Assembly (NCBI GenBank): GCA_951406725.2
Contig: OX597823.1
Span: forward strand, 117,180,001-117,244,000
Length of the DNA: 64,000 bases
Source: Octopus vulgaris
Lineage: Eukaryota
Direction: 5' to 3'
Of the stretch, positions 12,576 to 24,619 are shown in pieces. Made by a program: the position numbers and the translations under genes. The notes beneath the pieces were generated by a model. The model saw only the letters and a list, made by a program, of their open reading frames with translations. It was not told where the DNA came from and ran no database searches. Position 1 is the first letter of the stretch. The number at the start of each line of letters is the position of its first letter.

Positions 12576-14435
12576 TTTTTAAACAGTTTGTTGAAGAAAC
12601 AGATGGCTAAGATAAACAATCTATCAGGGGATTTGCAAGGAAAAAAAAACACCACATTAAGAAGGTTGTGGATAATATCAAAGAGCCTTCTGTAATAGAA
12701 TTCTTACTGAACAGCAAGTGTAAATACTCTTGAACAGTTATGGAATCACCAAGATAACAGAAATCATAGACCAGTTTATTGGGAATGATCTTGACTGGAA
12801 GGACAGCAGCAAATAAAATAGAGATGTTCTGAACATGATATCCAGCTACCATGAATTGCTTCAGGATAGAAAACTCAAGACAACCTAGATACTAAAAGCA
12901 TTATTCAAAAAAACAACCAATCTGTAAAAGAGAACCACAGACATCTCTCTTATCCCTCATGTAACCTTTTATCTTCCAGCAAGAACTAGTGCTTTTCAAA
13001 TGAATTAGTAGTGACTGGCCTGTGTACTCATAATTAAAATGGATTGATTTAAACCATTTTTTGTTATTTCATAACAACATTAGAGCTTAATTAAACTTAT
13101 TTCCTATTCACATCATAAATTTAAATCCCTACATGTAAAACCATATCATGTGAGACTATCTAAACATTCCAAGTGCTTGGAGGATGCAGTAATGAGTCTC
13201 TGCAATTTTCAGTCAATTGGTGAATTCTACTCACACTTTGTGTCAAAAAAGTTTTTAAAAAAACGGGAAAAAAACGCCGAAACAATCAGAATTCATGGAG
13301 ATTGCTGGTGGTTTGCATCAGAGAAAATTGCATTTATTGGTGAGGGTTAATTTTCCATCACAATGCCATATCAAAATAACTTTTACTTTTATTCTGTCAA
13401 AATAGCTTATCTCTATTTCTGCTATGTTATATATGTGTGTTATATACATATGGACTCAAATTTGATGCATCCATCGCAAATGGATGCAGCTTCTTGGTGT
13501 TATTTTGTTTTTGTTTTCTTTCTATTACTCTCTAACTTTAAGTCTTCTCCTTTAAACACTCATATAGCGAAACCAACAGGATCGAGCATCCTCAATTTAA
13601 AAAAGAAATTTTTCCCCTTCCAAATCTTGAAAATTTGTTTTGCAATCAAAGCCAGCTTGATTCCTTTTTTAATGTTTCATAAACCCATTTTTATTAAAAT
13701 TTACTTTAAATTTAGCATTCTGCCTTATTATTTTTTCCTCTCCTATATATATATATAATCAATAACAATAAAGGATAAAATTAATTAATCAATTAATAAT
13801 TAATAATTTTACCAAGTAGTTCGGTATGTTAAAAGAACCATTATCGGTAAACTTATACAAAAATTCTATAATTATGAACATAATTATAATTAGGGTTCAG
13901 CAAAATTCACCTCACCACATACCGAAATTTAGAAATAGCAGTTAAAATACAATTCTACTATCATAAGATAACTCCCAGACAGCAATACTCAAATATGTAT
14001 ACATATATATATAATGCTCCTCTATATTGCTGTTTCATTTACTTCTGAACAAATCTAGAGTGTCAACCAAGGCTTATGTAAATATATATGTATATCTATC
14101 TATCTATCTATCTATATATATATACATATATACATACACATATGAAGAACATTATTATTCATAAGAGATAATAATATTAGTGGTTGTAAGCATAAAACTG
14201 TATGGGCAAAATTAATAGATATTTATAAGAATTATATATAACAAGGGCACCAAGAAGCACCAGCTTAGCTCGAAATAGGAGTCAAAAATGTGGCTTCAAA
14301 GTGTTTTTGATTCCTATTTATATAAATATCATTATCATCATACACACATGCACACACACACAAGTAAGAACATAGAGGCAAAACAAGGTGGGAAAAATAG
14401 TATTCAAGTACAGAAGGTAGAGTAATATGATAGAG

Positions 14436-14569
14436 TTTTATTAAAATCCAAAACATTTCACAAACTGTTACTCAGAGTTCCATGCTGCCATTTGTCAAAC
14501 AGTTGTCATCTGTCCAACGAATGGTAATGAGAGGAACAGCTTGTGAAGATATTTTCTCCTTTAATAAAA
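14436..14569. repeat. Degenerate inverted repeat (14436-14469 / 14535-14569)
   Basis: ttttattaaa..ttcacaaactgtt vs aacagcttgtgaag..tttaataaaa. Confidence 0.5.
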
Positions 14570-14607
14570 AGTGTGTGTGTGTGTATATATATATATATGT
14601 ATATAAC

Positions 14608-14854
14608 ATACAGTGTACATTTAAACACATGAGGAACCCACTTATGGGATTCAAGCGAGTATATATTATTTTACTTGCTAAACTAAAATCAGAAAGCAAT
14701 TGGTCCAGGAATCTAGATGGTAAAATGTTTTTATTGTTTCATTTCGTTCCTGTCAAATTGTATCCCTAATTTTGTGGTTATGGAACCTAGCTATTCTTTC
14801 TAGCATGTTGAATCCCATGAGTGGATTCCTCATGTGTTTAGATGTACACTGTAT
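14608..14854. repeat. Inverted repeat, 47-bp arms
   Basis: 14608-14654 vs 14808-14854, 3 mismatches; starts next to (TA)n. Confidence 0.85.
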
Positions 14855-15154
14855 TTTATGACTGATACGTAGTCTTTGGACTAAACTTTTACACGTTAGG
14901 CCACTGGAAATGGAAATTTTAATTAATTTCCATTCTCCTTTGATATGATTAAGTATATATATATACTTTGTCAGTGAACAGGTCACGGATTTTAGCGACG
15001 AAAATATTTTGACAAATTAAACTTAAATGTTGAAGTGAATCGAACGGCTTTTGTGTGTTTCTTAAATGGCTTATAAACACCTTCCACGCTGCAATTGTTT
15101 TCGTTTCAGCACACGATCTCAGATCAAATTACTTGCTATGCGAGTACATCTCCG

Positions 15155-15210
<56 letters not shown>

Positions 15211-15240
15211 CCAAATTTATGTGAAAGTGTATAGAATAAC

Positions 15241-15667
15241 ATATCACTTGAATAAAGTTAAAATATGATCTGGTTTTCATGTTTTTTATGGTATTTTAAC
15301 ATTAAATAAACATTTTGTAATGTTCATAAAGTTCAATTAGCACTTTCATACGTTCATAGTAATCATCAGATTTCAAAATGTATTTAACTGACAGCTGAGT
15401 TCTTCACAACTGTAGTACCTCTTAAGCTGCATGTGGATTGGTCAAAACCGTATTCCAAAAATTCATCCTGTTGGAGTGTTCTAAGCAGTACTACAGCTGT
15501 CAAGAACTCATCTGTCAGTTATGTACATTTTGAAATCTGATGATTACTAAAGACGTATGAAAGTGCTAATTGAATTTTATGGACATTACAAAATATTTTT
15601 TAATGTTAAAATGCCATAATAAAAAACGTGAAAACCAGACCATGTTTTAACTTTATTCAACTGATAT
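15241..15667. mobile_element. Fold-back element, ~180-bp arms each with a hammerhead-like core
   Basis: Arms 15241-15418 / 15488-15667; ctgatga-ttac..gtat-gaaa-gtgcta at 15537-15568 and mirrored in the left arm; (TA)n flanks. Confidence 0.75.
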
Positions 15668-15687
15668 ATAAATATATATATATATTA

Positions 15688-15950
15688 AAATTAGAAATAA
15701 AACCACTATTAGGTAAGTCAAACAGTGAAAAACATAAACCAAACCGTAAAAATAAATATAATTAATATAATATTATTAATATTAATATAATATAATATAA
15801 TAATAATTAATATATGTTTTTCACTGTTTGATTTGCCTAATAGTGGTTTTATCTCTAATTTAATTTATATTTATACTGTGAAATTTGATTTAATTTGAAA
15901 TTTAATTTTTCCCTGTAAGTTTGGATTTAATCCCTAATATTATTATAATT
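15688..15950. repeat. Fold-back element, 49-bp arms plus one-sided tail
   Basis: Arms 15688-15736 / 15813-15861; (TA)n flanks. Confidence 0.8.
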
Positions 15951-15968
15951 ATATATATATTTTTTTTT

Positions 15969-16006
<38 letters not shown>

Positions 16007-16165
16007 CAAAATTTAAAGGACTGACCACTAAAAGTGGATGGTCAACATGCTAGATATAGACGTCAAATCGCTATTTTCCACAAATATTTTAATCTTCGGA
16101 TTTTTTTAATATGCTAGGCCACTGGTTTTAATTGATTAATATCAATTTCTACCCTTATTAAATTT

Positions 16166-16199
<34 letters not shown>

Positions 16200-16205
<6 letters not shown>

Positions 16206-16620
16206 GCAATAAGAAAATGGAGGGGATCAATAGGTGGTTCATTAACTTTTAGACATAATACTATGCTAACTTCTTTATTTATAATTATATCTTATATGTA
16301 AAGCATAATATGTTATACATGTATGTATTTTATTGTAATTGTCAGTTTAGTAAATAGATAAATAAATAAGTTAACATAATATAATGTTTAAAAGTTGATG
16401 AACCACCAATTGATCCCCTCCATTTTCTTATTGCTATATAAATTAATGGTAAGATAATTCTTTACCTTCACCCATTTAGTACACTAGGTAATGTAATTGC
16501 AATGCAATAAAAAACACTTGTGTATTAATAATTGGGTATTCTACCAGCAGTATATTGGATAAATATTATCCCTTAGTTGGTTGGATTCACAACCTCTAAC
16601 TTTCTTGGAGTTATATTTAT
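16200..16620. repeat. Fold-back element, ~80-bp arms plus one-sided tail
   Basis: Arms 16200-16281 / ~16359-16440; (TA)n flanks. Confidence 0.8.
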
Positions 16621-16689
16621 ATATATATATATATATAACTTACTTGGAAGAAGAAGAAAAACGACGCGTGCATTCAATCATATAACAAC

Positions 16690-17055
16690 TTAATAAATAA
16701 AACAAATGCATACATACATACATATATGTACATACCTACATCTATATGTATATATACATGCATATATGGGTACAGGACACAACACATAAACGTAGAACAC
16801 AACGAGAAACGAAAACATAAAACCAAACAAGGAAACAGACTTTTTTTAACAACGAATAAACAGTAAAAGACAGGACAAGGAAACCAACAATAAGGGCTTT
16901 TTTTAAAGCCTAGACGGTGGAAAAATTCGTTAGAATGCATGTTGAAGATCGGCTTGTGGAAGACAGAAGAAAGCCGATGTTGACTTGTTGAAAGCAGCGG
17001 GCAGAAAGAAAGTTCGTCTAGGCTTTAAAAAAAGCCCTTATTGTTGGTTTCCTTG
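16690..17055. mobile_element. Dispersed repeat with a perfect 41-bp inverted repeat
   Basis: 16876-16916 is the exact reverse complement of 17015-17055; 16690-16880 is homologous (inverted) to ~37620-37830. Confidence 0.8.
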
Positions 17056-17708
17056 GATCACAACTGAACTACTCTCTGCTGTAGATAAATAGAGAAATAT
17101 ATATAAAGTTATACGTCCCTTGTCAAGAGTAAGTTGACTTATTTGATCAAAGTACCACACAGAGAGACTGAACCCAGGACCATTCTTTCCACACACACAC
17201 ACATATAGATATATAACAGAGAGGAAAGGAAAGCCAAAGAAGATGAAGTAGACAAATATATGTAAATATCTACTGCAAAACCTTGGTTAGCATTTGAGAT
17301 TTGTTCTTTAATTAACTAATAGTAATCGCCATGTTTAAATGCTACCTGTGTGTATGCTTATTTGTGCATGTGTGTTTGTCTATGTATGGTTACACTACTG
17401 TTTATTTCTGAAAGCTGCTCACTAATGATTTCTATTATGTCTCTCATTTGTTACATGACGCAGTAATATGGTCACAACAGCCTGTTCGTTGTTATAGTTA
17501 TTCATAACAACAGTTTCCCATTCGCCCTCTTATTTGTGTTCATTGTTGTTGCTTCATCCTTGGTCAGCTTTAATCAAGCAGATCTATCGTCATAAGGCAT
17601 TCTAGCCATCACCATCTGTCGCAATGTATCTAGTGTAGTATTATTCAGTATGTCCTGCATTTTTAAGATGTTACTGTATGATATGCAGGAGATACTTCTA
17701 TTATTTCT

Positions 17709-17939
17709 TATTTCTTTACTACCCACAAGGGGCTACACACAGAGGGGACAAACAAGGACAGACGAATGGATTAAGTCGATTATATCGACCCCAGTGCGTA
17801 ACTGGTACTTATTTAATCGACCCCGAAAGGATGAAAGGCAAAGTCGACCTCGACGGAATTTGAACTCAGAACGTAGCGGCAGACGAAATACTGCTAAGCA
17901 TTTCGCCCGGCGTGCTAACGCTTCTACCAGCTTGCCGCC
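17709..17939 (-). mobile_element. SINE family B, young full-length copy
   Basis: CpG-rich; reverse strand ggcggcaagctggtagaagcgttag..gagttcaaattcc. Confidence 0.9.
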
Positions 17940-18361
17940 ATTTTAATAATATTTCTATTATTTCTAGCAAGTTGAATGACCCCATCCATGCTCTTTAGTT
18001 GGCTGAAACTATCATTAACTGTCAACAGTCAGGATAACAGTCCACAGGCAATGTTTCAATTGCTATATTCACAACTATCAAACGGCATGAGTTCACGAAA
18101 TTGTTTGCTCATAACTTTCACCTGTTTTATCCCTTTCACTGCAAAATTTAATTTCATGGTTATTCCAATAATCTACCAAAAAATTGAATTGGTATTCTCT
18201 TCAAGTCACGTTGCCTCAGAAAACCTGAGAAAACCTCAATAAAAATAGTTTCAAACATTACATTTCTCATCAAAAGATAGAGTGGAATATAAAACTGCTT
18301 TCTGCAGTTAAAGGTAATGAAATTTTGAGTGGATATATCTGATTTCCTTAGTAAAAGTATT

Positions 18362-18500
18362 AAGCATTATTCGGTTGTGTCTGGGGAGAGTCATTTTCTT
18401 TTTGTGCCTTATTATTTAACACATTCACCAGTAAAATTTCCACTTTTTTTTCTATTTTTCTTGTCCTAAAATTTTCATTGCGTCTTGCAACCTTTTCAAT
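18362..18500 (+). repeat. Paralog of the 722-1019 element (no inversion)
   Basis: gttgtgtctggggagagtcat..cctaaaattttcattgc shared. Confidence 0.8.
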
Positions 18501-18539
18501 AGTCTTGACTCTGTCTGTTATTTACACTGAGTTCCCTTT

Positions 18540-18940
18540 TGTTTGTTTGTGCGCATGTGTGGGGGTCAGTGTATGTGTGTGTGTGTCTATACAGGCATGC
18601 ATGTACGTATGTATGTGTGTGTGTTTTTGCATGTGTATGTATATATATATGTGTGTGTATGCATATGTATATATGTATGTATGTGTGTGCATCTGTATGT
18701 ACGTATCCTGTATATTTATGTGCTTACCTGTCCGTGTTTGTGTATTTTCTATGTATGTGTGTGAGAGCATGTGTGTGTGTGTATGTATGCACCTCTGTCT
18801 CCTTGTGTGTGCATGTCTGTGTGTGTGTGTGTGTTATGCAACTATGTACCATGTTTGTATGTATGGATGTGCATCTTTACATGTGTGTATCCGTGTCTCC
18901 ATATGTGTCTGTTCATATAGTCTATATACCTATCCGTCTG
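18540..18940. repeat. (TG)n/(TATG)n low-complexity tract
   Basis: Direct reading. Confidence 0.9.
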
Positions 18941-20173
18941 TATAACGAAATATTAAGCATTATGTTTTACAGTTAACAACACTACAACGTGTTCACAGCA
19001 ATGATTCGATCTCATATGAACACTTAAGCTTTCATATGAGATCCTCTCAACCTGTTTTCACCCTATACTAGTGACCTAAACTCACCACTATAATATGCTT
19101 ACATGTCCTTACATACATATTTTCGGAGATAACCAGATTAATTCTTATAATAGAAGAAATAGTTTCCAAACAAAGGTAACATGAATCCCCTTGGAAATCT
19201 GTTTAACAACATTTATATTTATCAGGGAAAACAAAAAATGTTTATGTGTATTTTTTCTTTAACTTTTAAAATGTTGAAACCATTCAATAAATTTCTGTTT
19301 AATCTATATTGGGAAAAAACAACAATGATATACAAGCATCAATGTATAAAAAGTTTTTGATATGATTCACAAGGTCTTTTTTTTTCATACTTGATTAGAT
19401 CGGCTTTGATGTTCTACTGCAATACACAGAAACTGGCCAGAAACGATATGAAAGCTATATGCTACACCTGGGACTTGCAGAGCAATGTTAGGTTTCCGCT
19501 TTTTGATATTTTATTTTGTTACACAATTTTGATATTAGCAGGTTATTTCTATGAAATGTGAGAAACAGATCTGTTTCACAGAAAAAAAAACTAAATCTGA
19601 TTTCCATGTTTAACAAACACATTTCAGTTTAAACCCAATCTGTGGAAAGAGAAATACGTTTCACTAAATTTACTTTTGCTTATGTTTATTTTTTTACACC
19701 TAAAACTTCCAAACAAATGTCTATTTCTCCATCCCCCTGATCATGATGTATCTCATTTCTACTGTTATTTATTCTGTATTGAATATTCTTTTCACTCCTT
19801 CATCACTAAATCCATATCAGACTTGCAGATGGCTCAGTTAACAATGTGTTAGACTACTATCTATGAAGTATTATAGACTGACCAACCTTTAGATCACATA
19901 CCATATTCTGTCCTTAGCCAATACTTTTAACAAATTATTGCTAGTTTGCCTGGTACCTTGCTGAGAGAATCTCTATTAGTTTTGGAAACAAAGCCATAAC
20001 TTTCTGTAAACAAAACGGTTCCTAAAATGATAGTCACACAAGTAAGAGATTATATTATTAGCTGTCTTTTACTGTTCACCATATCTTGGTATAACACTGC
20101 TGGTGTCTTTGAACTAAAATTAAAGAAAAAAAAATATAGATATCAGCTGAGAGCCAAGTCCATGTCAAATATA

Positions 20174-20356
20174 ATGTGCTGGTGTATCTAAGGCAGCATA
20201 GTTCTGGTCAAGTACAGAGAGACAACAGGGTAATGCTGTTAGTAGATGTTGAGAAGGGGAAAGGGGGAGAATAAAGTATAGCTTTGGACACTACATGTTA
20301 CTCTCCCCTTTCACCCAACTTCTCACCCAACATCATTAACCTGTTGTCTCTCTGAA
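20174..20356. mobile_element. Fold-back insertion with 14-bp TSD
   Basis: ccatgtcaaatata at 20160-20173 and 20357-20370; arms 20215-20274 / 20298-20354. Confidence 0.75.
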
Positions 20357-21026
20357 CCATGTCAAATATATTCATATGAGAGTCCTTGTACATGACATCA
20401 GCCACTGAAGAGAGAATAGTTAAAGCTCACTTGATTAGAGTTATTACAACAAATGCATTAGTGGTTTTGGAATTATACTTATTTAGCAAGTCATCTGATC
20501 TGGTTTTGGAATTGTGCTTGTTTTGCGAGTGACTTGATCTGAGATTGTTCTTGCTTCTCACACCAACCCTGCAATGTTATCCTAAAAATAGACAATCACA
20601 TCATCAAAACATCATAGCTGTGAGATAATGCATGACTAATACAAAACATTGTGAGTAAATAAGTATCATATTTGACAGTTTAATCTGATTGCTAAAGGGT
20701 TAAAAGCGAATTTGATGACACATCAAATCTCTTGTTGCACAACTGCAATTAATGTGTTCTAGTGAAGCCTCAGGCTGACCAAGGCCTTGTCACTGGATTT
20801 AGTAGAAGGAAACAGAAAGAAGCTCGTTGTGTGTGTGTATTTGTGCAAGTGCATGCTCCTGTTACTGTCGCCTTGCTTTGATATTAGGTATTAGTGTGAT
20901 AGTTTTAAACACATGTAACCATCATGCAAATGGTGCCTTTTTATTTCCAATCTTCCATGAAAACTTGTCTGGTCATGAGGTAAGATTACGTTATTTGGAA
21001 ACAGATGAGGGCTGGTGACAGGAAAG

Positions 21027-21135
21027 ATATGATGATGATGATGATGACGACGATGGTGATGACGACAATGATGACGACGATGATGATGATGATGATGACG
21101 ACAGTGATGATGATGACGGTGATAGTGATGAGGAT
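21027..21135. repeat. (GAT)n microsatellite
   Basis: Direct reading. Confidence 0.9.
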
Positions 21136-21708
21136 AGCGGAGGAGGATAGAGGAGGGGGAGGGGTATGGAGAGGAGGATACACTATGGTTACTTACACAG
21201 TTCCACTGAAATAATTACTGTATACTCATTATTTTCTTTGGAAGTAGAATTATGTAATAGCTTGTGGTATGTAGGATTTAATCAAATTTCCCATTTTGGT
21301 CCTTTATCTCATCCTTATCATTGATACTTCTTGACATTAAATCAGCCCCAAATTCCTTATGTATCTTTTAATAATTGGAGAGTGGAGACTAAATCTATCT
21401 GACTTAGTAAATGTATGATCCCTATAAATTTAATCAACAACCCCCACTCTTGGCCTGGCTGGAAACATGCACTCATATATTGTGAAACACAAAAGTAACT
21501 CTTTAACCTTTTGACTGCAAAGTTAAACTTCCTGGTTAAATTTCCAATAATGATATTAAAGATCTACTAAAAATATAATTGCTATTTTCTGCATTGCCTC
21601 AATAAACTTGACCCCAAAAAACTCAACCAGAGGAACATGACATTCTTTAACCCTTAGCATTGTTGTGCTTATTTATTCACATTGTTTTGGATTAATCCTG
21701 CTTTATCT

Positions 21709-21913
21709 CCTGGCAGAATCATTAGCATGCTCAAATAAATGCTTAGAGGTATTTTGCCTGTCTGCACATTCTGAGTTCAAATTCTGCCAACGTCAACTTT
21801 GCATTTCATTCTTTGGGGCTTGATCAAAGAAGTACCAATAGATTACTAGGGTCATTGTAATCAACTTAACCCCCACCACCAAAATTCCAGGCCTTGTGCC
21901 TATAGTAGAAAGG
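21709..21913 (+). mobile_element. SINE family B with 8-bp TSD
   Basis: Family B core; tttatctc on both sides. Confidence 0.8.
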
Positions 21914-21948
21914 TTTATCTCATAGCTTTAAGATTTCAATGATGTAAT

Positions 21949-22590
21949 GGAAGAGTATTCAGCTGGTATCTGAGGGGTACCGGTTCGACTTCCACAGCTG
22001 CCTGCTGGCAACTTTTTTCCATCTTATAAGAGTAAAAATACCCAACCTTTCTGCTGTTTCCACAGCTATCCTGCATTTAAAATTTATTTTCTTGTCTCTA
22101 AAATACCGAATACATTCGACACTTCCAAAGTTATTTTACAGAATGTTGTTGCATTTGAAAAAGCTATTACTTAGTGTTAAAACTGATGGTAATTGTTGTC
22201 AGGAAGCTATTTAGCTTATTGGTAGAGTACTCAGCCAGTATCTGAAGGATATGGGTTCAACTCCTGTAACCCCTGTTGGGAACTTTTTTCCCATCTTATA
22301 AGGGTAATTACCCAATCTTTTCTGAAAATCACCATACAAACCTAAAACCATTGTTTTAAAATTTACCATTGTGCATATCAGCATACTAGTCACATATGAT
22401 CCTTGATCATCTACCCAAGAATTGTTCCATTGTAAGTATTACATTACATATTAGATCCCTGATAAAATAAAGTCCAAGCCGTTTTGGAGTAACTTCTTTA
22501 GCACTTGATTTAAATTAATTCTCTGCTATTGTAATGTATAATTATTCCCTCATCAACTTTAATTTAGTTTCTTGTCTATAAAATATGCAA
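21949..22590 (+). pseudogene. Tandem tRNA-like (Thr-like anticodon loop) repeat, two heads
   Basis: Heads at ~21950-22005 and ~22205-22268 with tcag-7nt-ctga arm (loops ctggtat / ccagtat), ggttcga/ggttcaa, then a T6 run and shared downstream sequence. Confidence 0.55.
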
Positions 22591-23544
22591 TCGTTTATTT
22601 GTGAATGACATTGCAGGGTAAGTATGAGAGACTAGACGTGGTTGGTTTGAACATAAATCAGGTGGAATGTTTTGGCTGGATGTGGCTGGTTTAGATGCTA
22701 AAAGGTTAACAAAAACAGACTGTATATAAAACTGGTTTCCACATTTAAGGATAATGAAATTCTAAGTGGATATTTCTGATTTCCACAGTAAAAGAGTTAA
22801 GAAAATCTACTAATATAAAACGTTTGGTTTGCAAATCTGCTAATATGAGTACTTAGTACCTACACCATTTTCAGAATTGGTTTAAAACCATCTGTCAATG
22901 ATAATGGCAGTTATTCATAGCTGATGCCCATAGTAGTCACTATGATGTGGACTGCAACGCCAGTTTGACACATGCTTTGACTTCCACTTAACCATTTAAA
23001 TGATTTCAAACACATTGCCCGGGAATATCAATAATTTCCAGATTATGTGGTATTTCTTGTTTCTTTCAGTGGATGATAAACCGGCCATTACTACTGCTAC
23101 TTCCACCCCCACCACCAACCACAGCCACCCACTTCCACGTCACTACAACCACTGTATCACCCACCACCCCTATTGCCACTGCTACCACTGCCATTACTTA
23201 CATAACTGCTTTCATCACAACTACCACCACCACCACCACTACTACTATCATCACTATTCTTTCACTGATCCATTCGTAAGAAACTTTTTACCTGAGTCAA
23301 AATCTCTAAAGAACTGTTTAAATAGTTTCAACAGTCTTGTCCTCCTCAGCTTTAATTATGATTTTCCAGCTCAGCTCACCTTAATTATGGCTGACAGTTT
23401 GTCTTCGTGACATATTTCTTCCTCAACCAAGAATGTCTTTAATTTTACAAGATTTCGCTTATAAAACTATTTCATTACACATTTCATTTGTCATGACTCT
23501 TTTAAATATTTACTTCAGACTTCTCTAGAATATATATGACTCTG

Positions 23545-23685
23545 TGATAAAGAAGTTCATTTCTTGAACCATGTAGTTTCAAGTTCAATTCCACTAGGTA
23601 GCACATTGGGTGTCTTCTACAAAGGCCCCAGGCTGACAAAAGCCTTGTAAATGGAATTGGTAGACAGATTTCAAAAGAAGCCCGA
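23545..23685 (+). mobile_element. SINE family A fragment
   Basis: gtgtcttctac..aaagccttgt..ttggtagac core. Confidence 0.6.
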
Positions 23686-23759
23686 AATCATGCAATAGTT
23701 GTAAATAAGCATCACCATTATAAAGAAAGTGTTATTCGTTTCCAATCTTCTGTTGTTTG

Positions 23760-24420
23760 AAAGTTTTTCTCAGATAATATTCTTTGAAGTTAACTATCAC
23801 ATTTTGATTCTTTGGCTAAAACAAAAAAGTTGTATTTTTGAGGATATATTTAGCTCTCACATCATCAGAAAGCTTATATAAGTTCACTGGTTGGTTTGAT
23901 GACCTGTGAACTTTGTTCGAAATATCATGTCTGGCTCCGTACGTTTCTACAGCAGGATGAAAAACATTTGTAATCCACACTTCAAAGAGGTTCTTAGTCA
24001 TCCATACTTTTGTATTTGAATAACAAACCAAAGTTAAATTAACCTTTGCATAACCTTCAAAGCCTTTTGGAATTTTGGAGTGATACATAAGGGCTTAGTT
24101 TTATATCACCAGCAACATTTTCTCCAGAAGATGCATCAGACGATTTTTAGAAGCTTTAAATACTGGTGTTGATTTTCCTTGTTGAGAAATAAATTCTAGC
24201 AGGCAGGAGCTTCTAGAAAAGGGCAGCTTTGTCAACATTGTACATTTACTCTGGTGTATAGCTCCATCCCGCAATCTTTATCAGTAGCTCAGGATATTTG
24301 TTATCTGTCTTTGTACCAACACTGGCAGCTCCACTCGTCATTTTTATGCCTTGCAGATTCAAATGCTTCTTAAATCATTCAAATCAGCCTTTACTTGTCA
24401 AAGTTTTTCATAAAGTGTCA
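23760..24420 (-). pseudogene. Tigger/pogo transposase relic
   Basis: ORF 23816-24088 YHSKIPKGFEGYAKVNL..SNTKVWMTKNLFEVWITNVFHPAV resembles Tigger DDE_1 NxKAWMT..F..W...F.P. Confidence 0.75.
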
Positions 24421-24619
24421 TGTATGAAAAAATGAGAATATTTCAACACCCAAAGTATCTTGAAAGGAAAGCTGACAAATAGCCTCTTCATTATTCAGGG
24501 GCCAACATTCCAATGATTCAGGGAAAAGAAACATGGGGCCTTAGGAATGCATATGATTGCAACATGAAGGCAATGTTAAAGACACTATGACCAAAGTGAA
24601 ACATCTGATACAGGGTAGT

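Larger units (their letters stand above)
21647..22709. mobile_element. Inner TTAA-flanked (piggyBac-like) MITE
   Basis: ttaa-cccttagcat ... atgctaaaagg-ttaa; partial inverted paralog at ~20560-20703. Confidence 0.65.
21503..22800. mobile_element. Outer TTAA-flanked (piggyBac-like) MITE
   Basis: ttaa-ccttttgactg ... cagtaaaagag-ttaa; right end paralogous to ~18290-18363. Confidence 0.5.

Noticed and set aside
22205-22275. Functional tRNA-Thr gene
   Set aside because: No acceptor-stem pairing and C at the U33 position; a tRNA-derived repeat at best. The same applies to all SINE heads.
20986-23410. Poly-Met, poly-His and poly-Thr ORFs (21005, 23000, 23073)
   Set aside because: Trinucleotide microsatellites (GAT/CAC/TAC).
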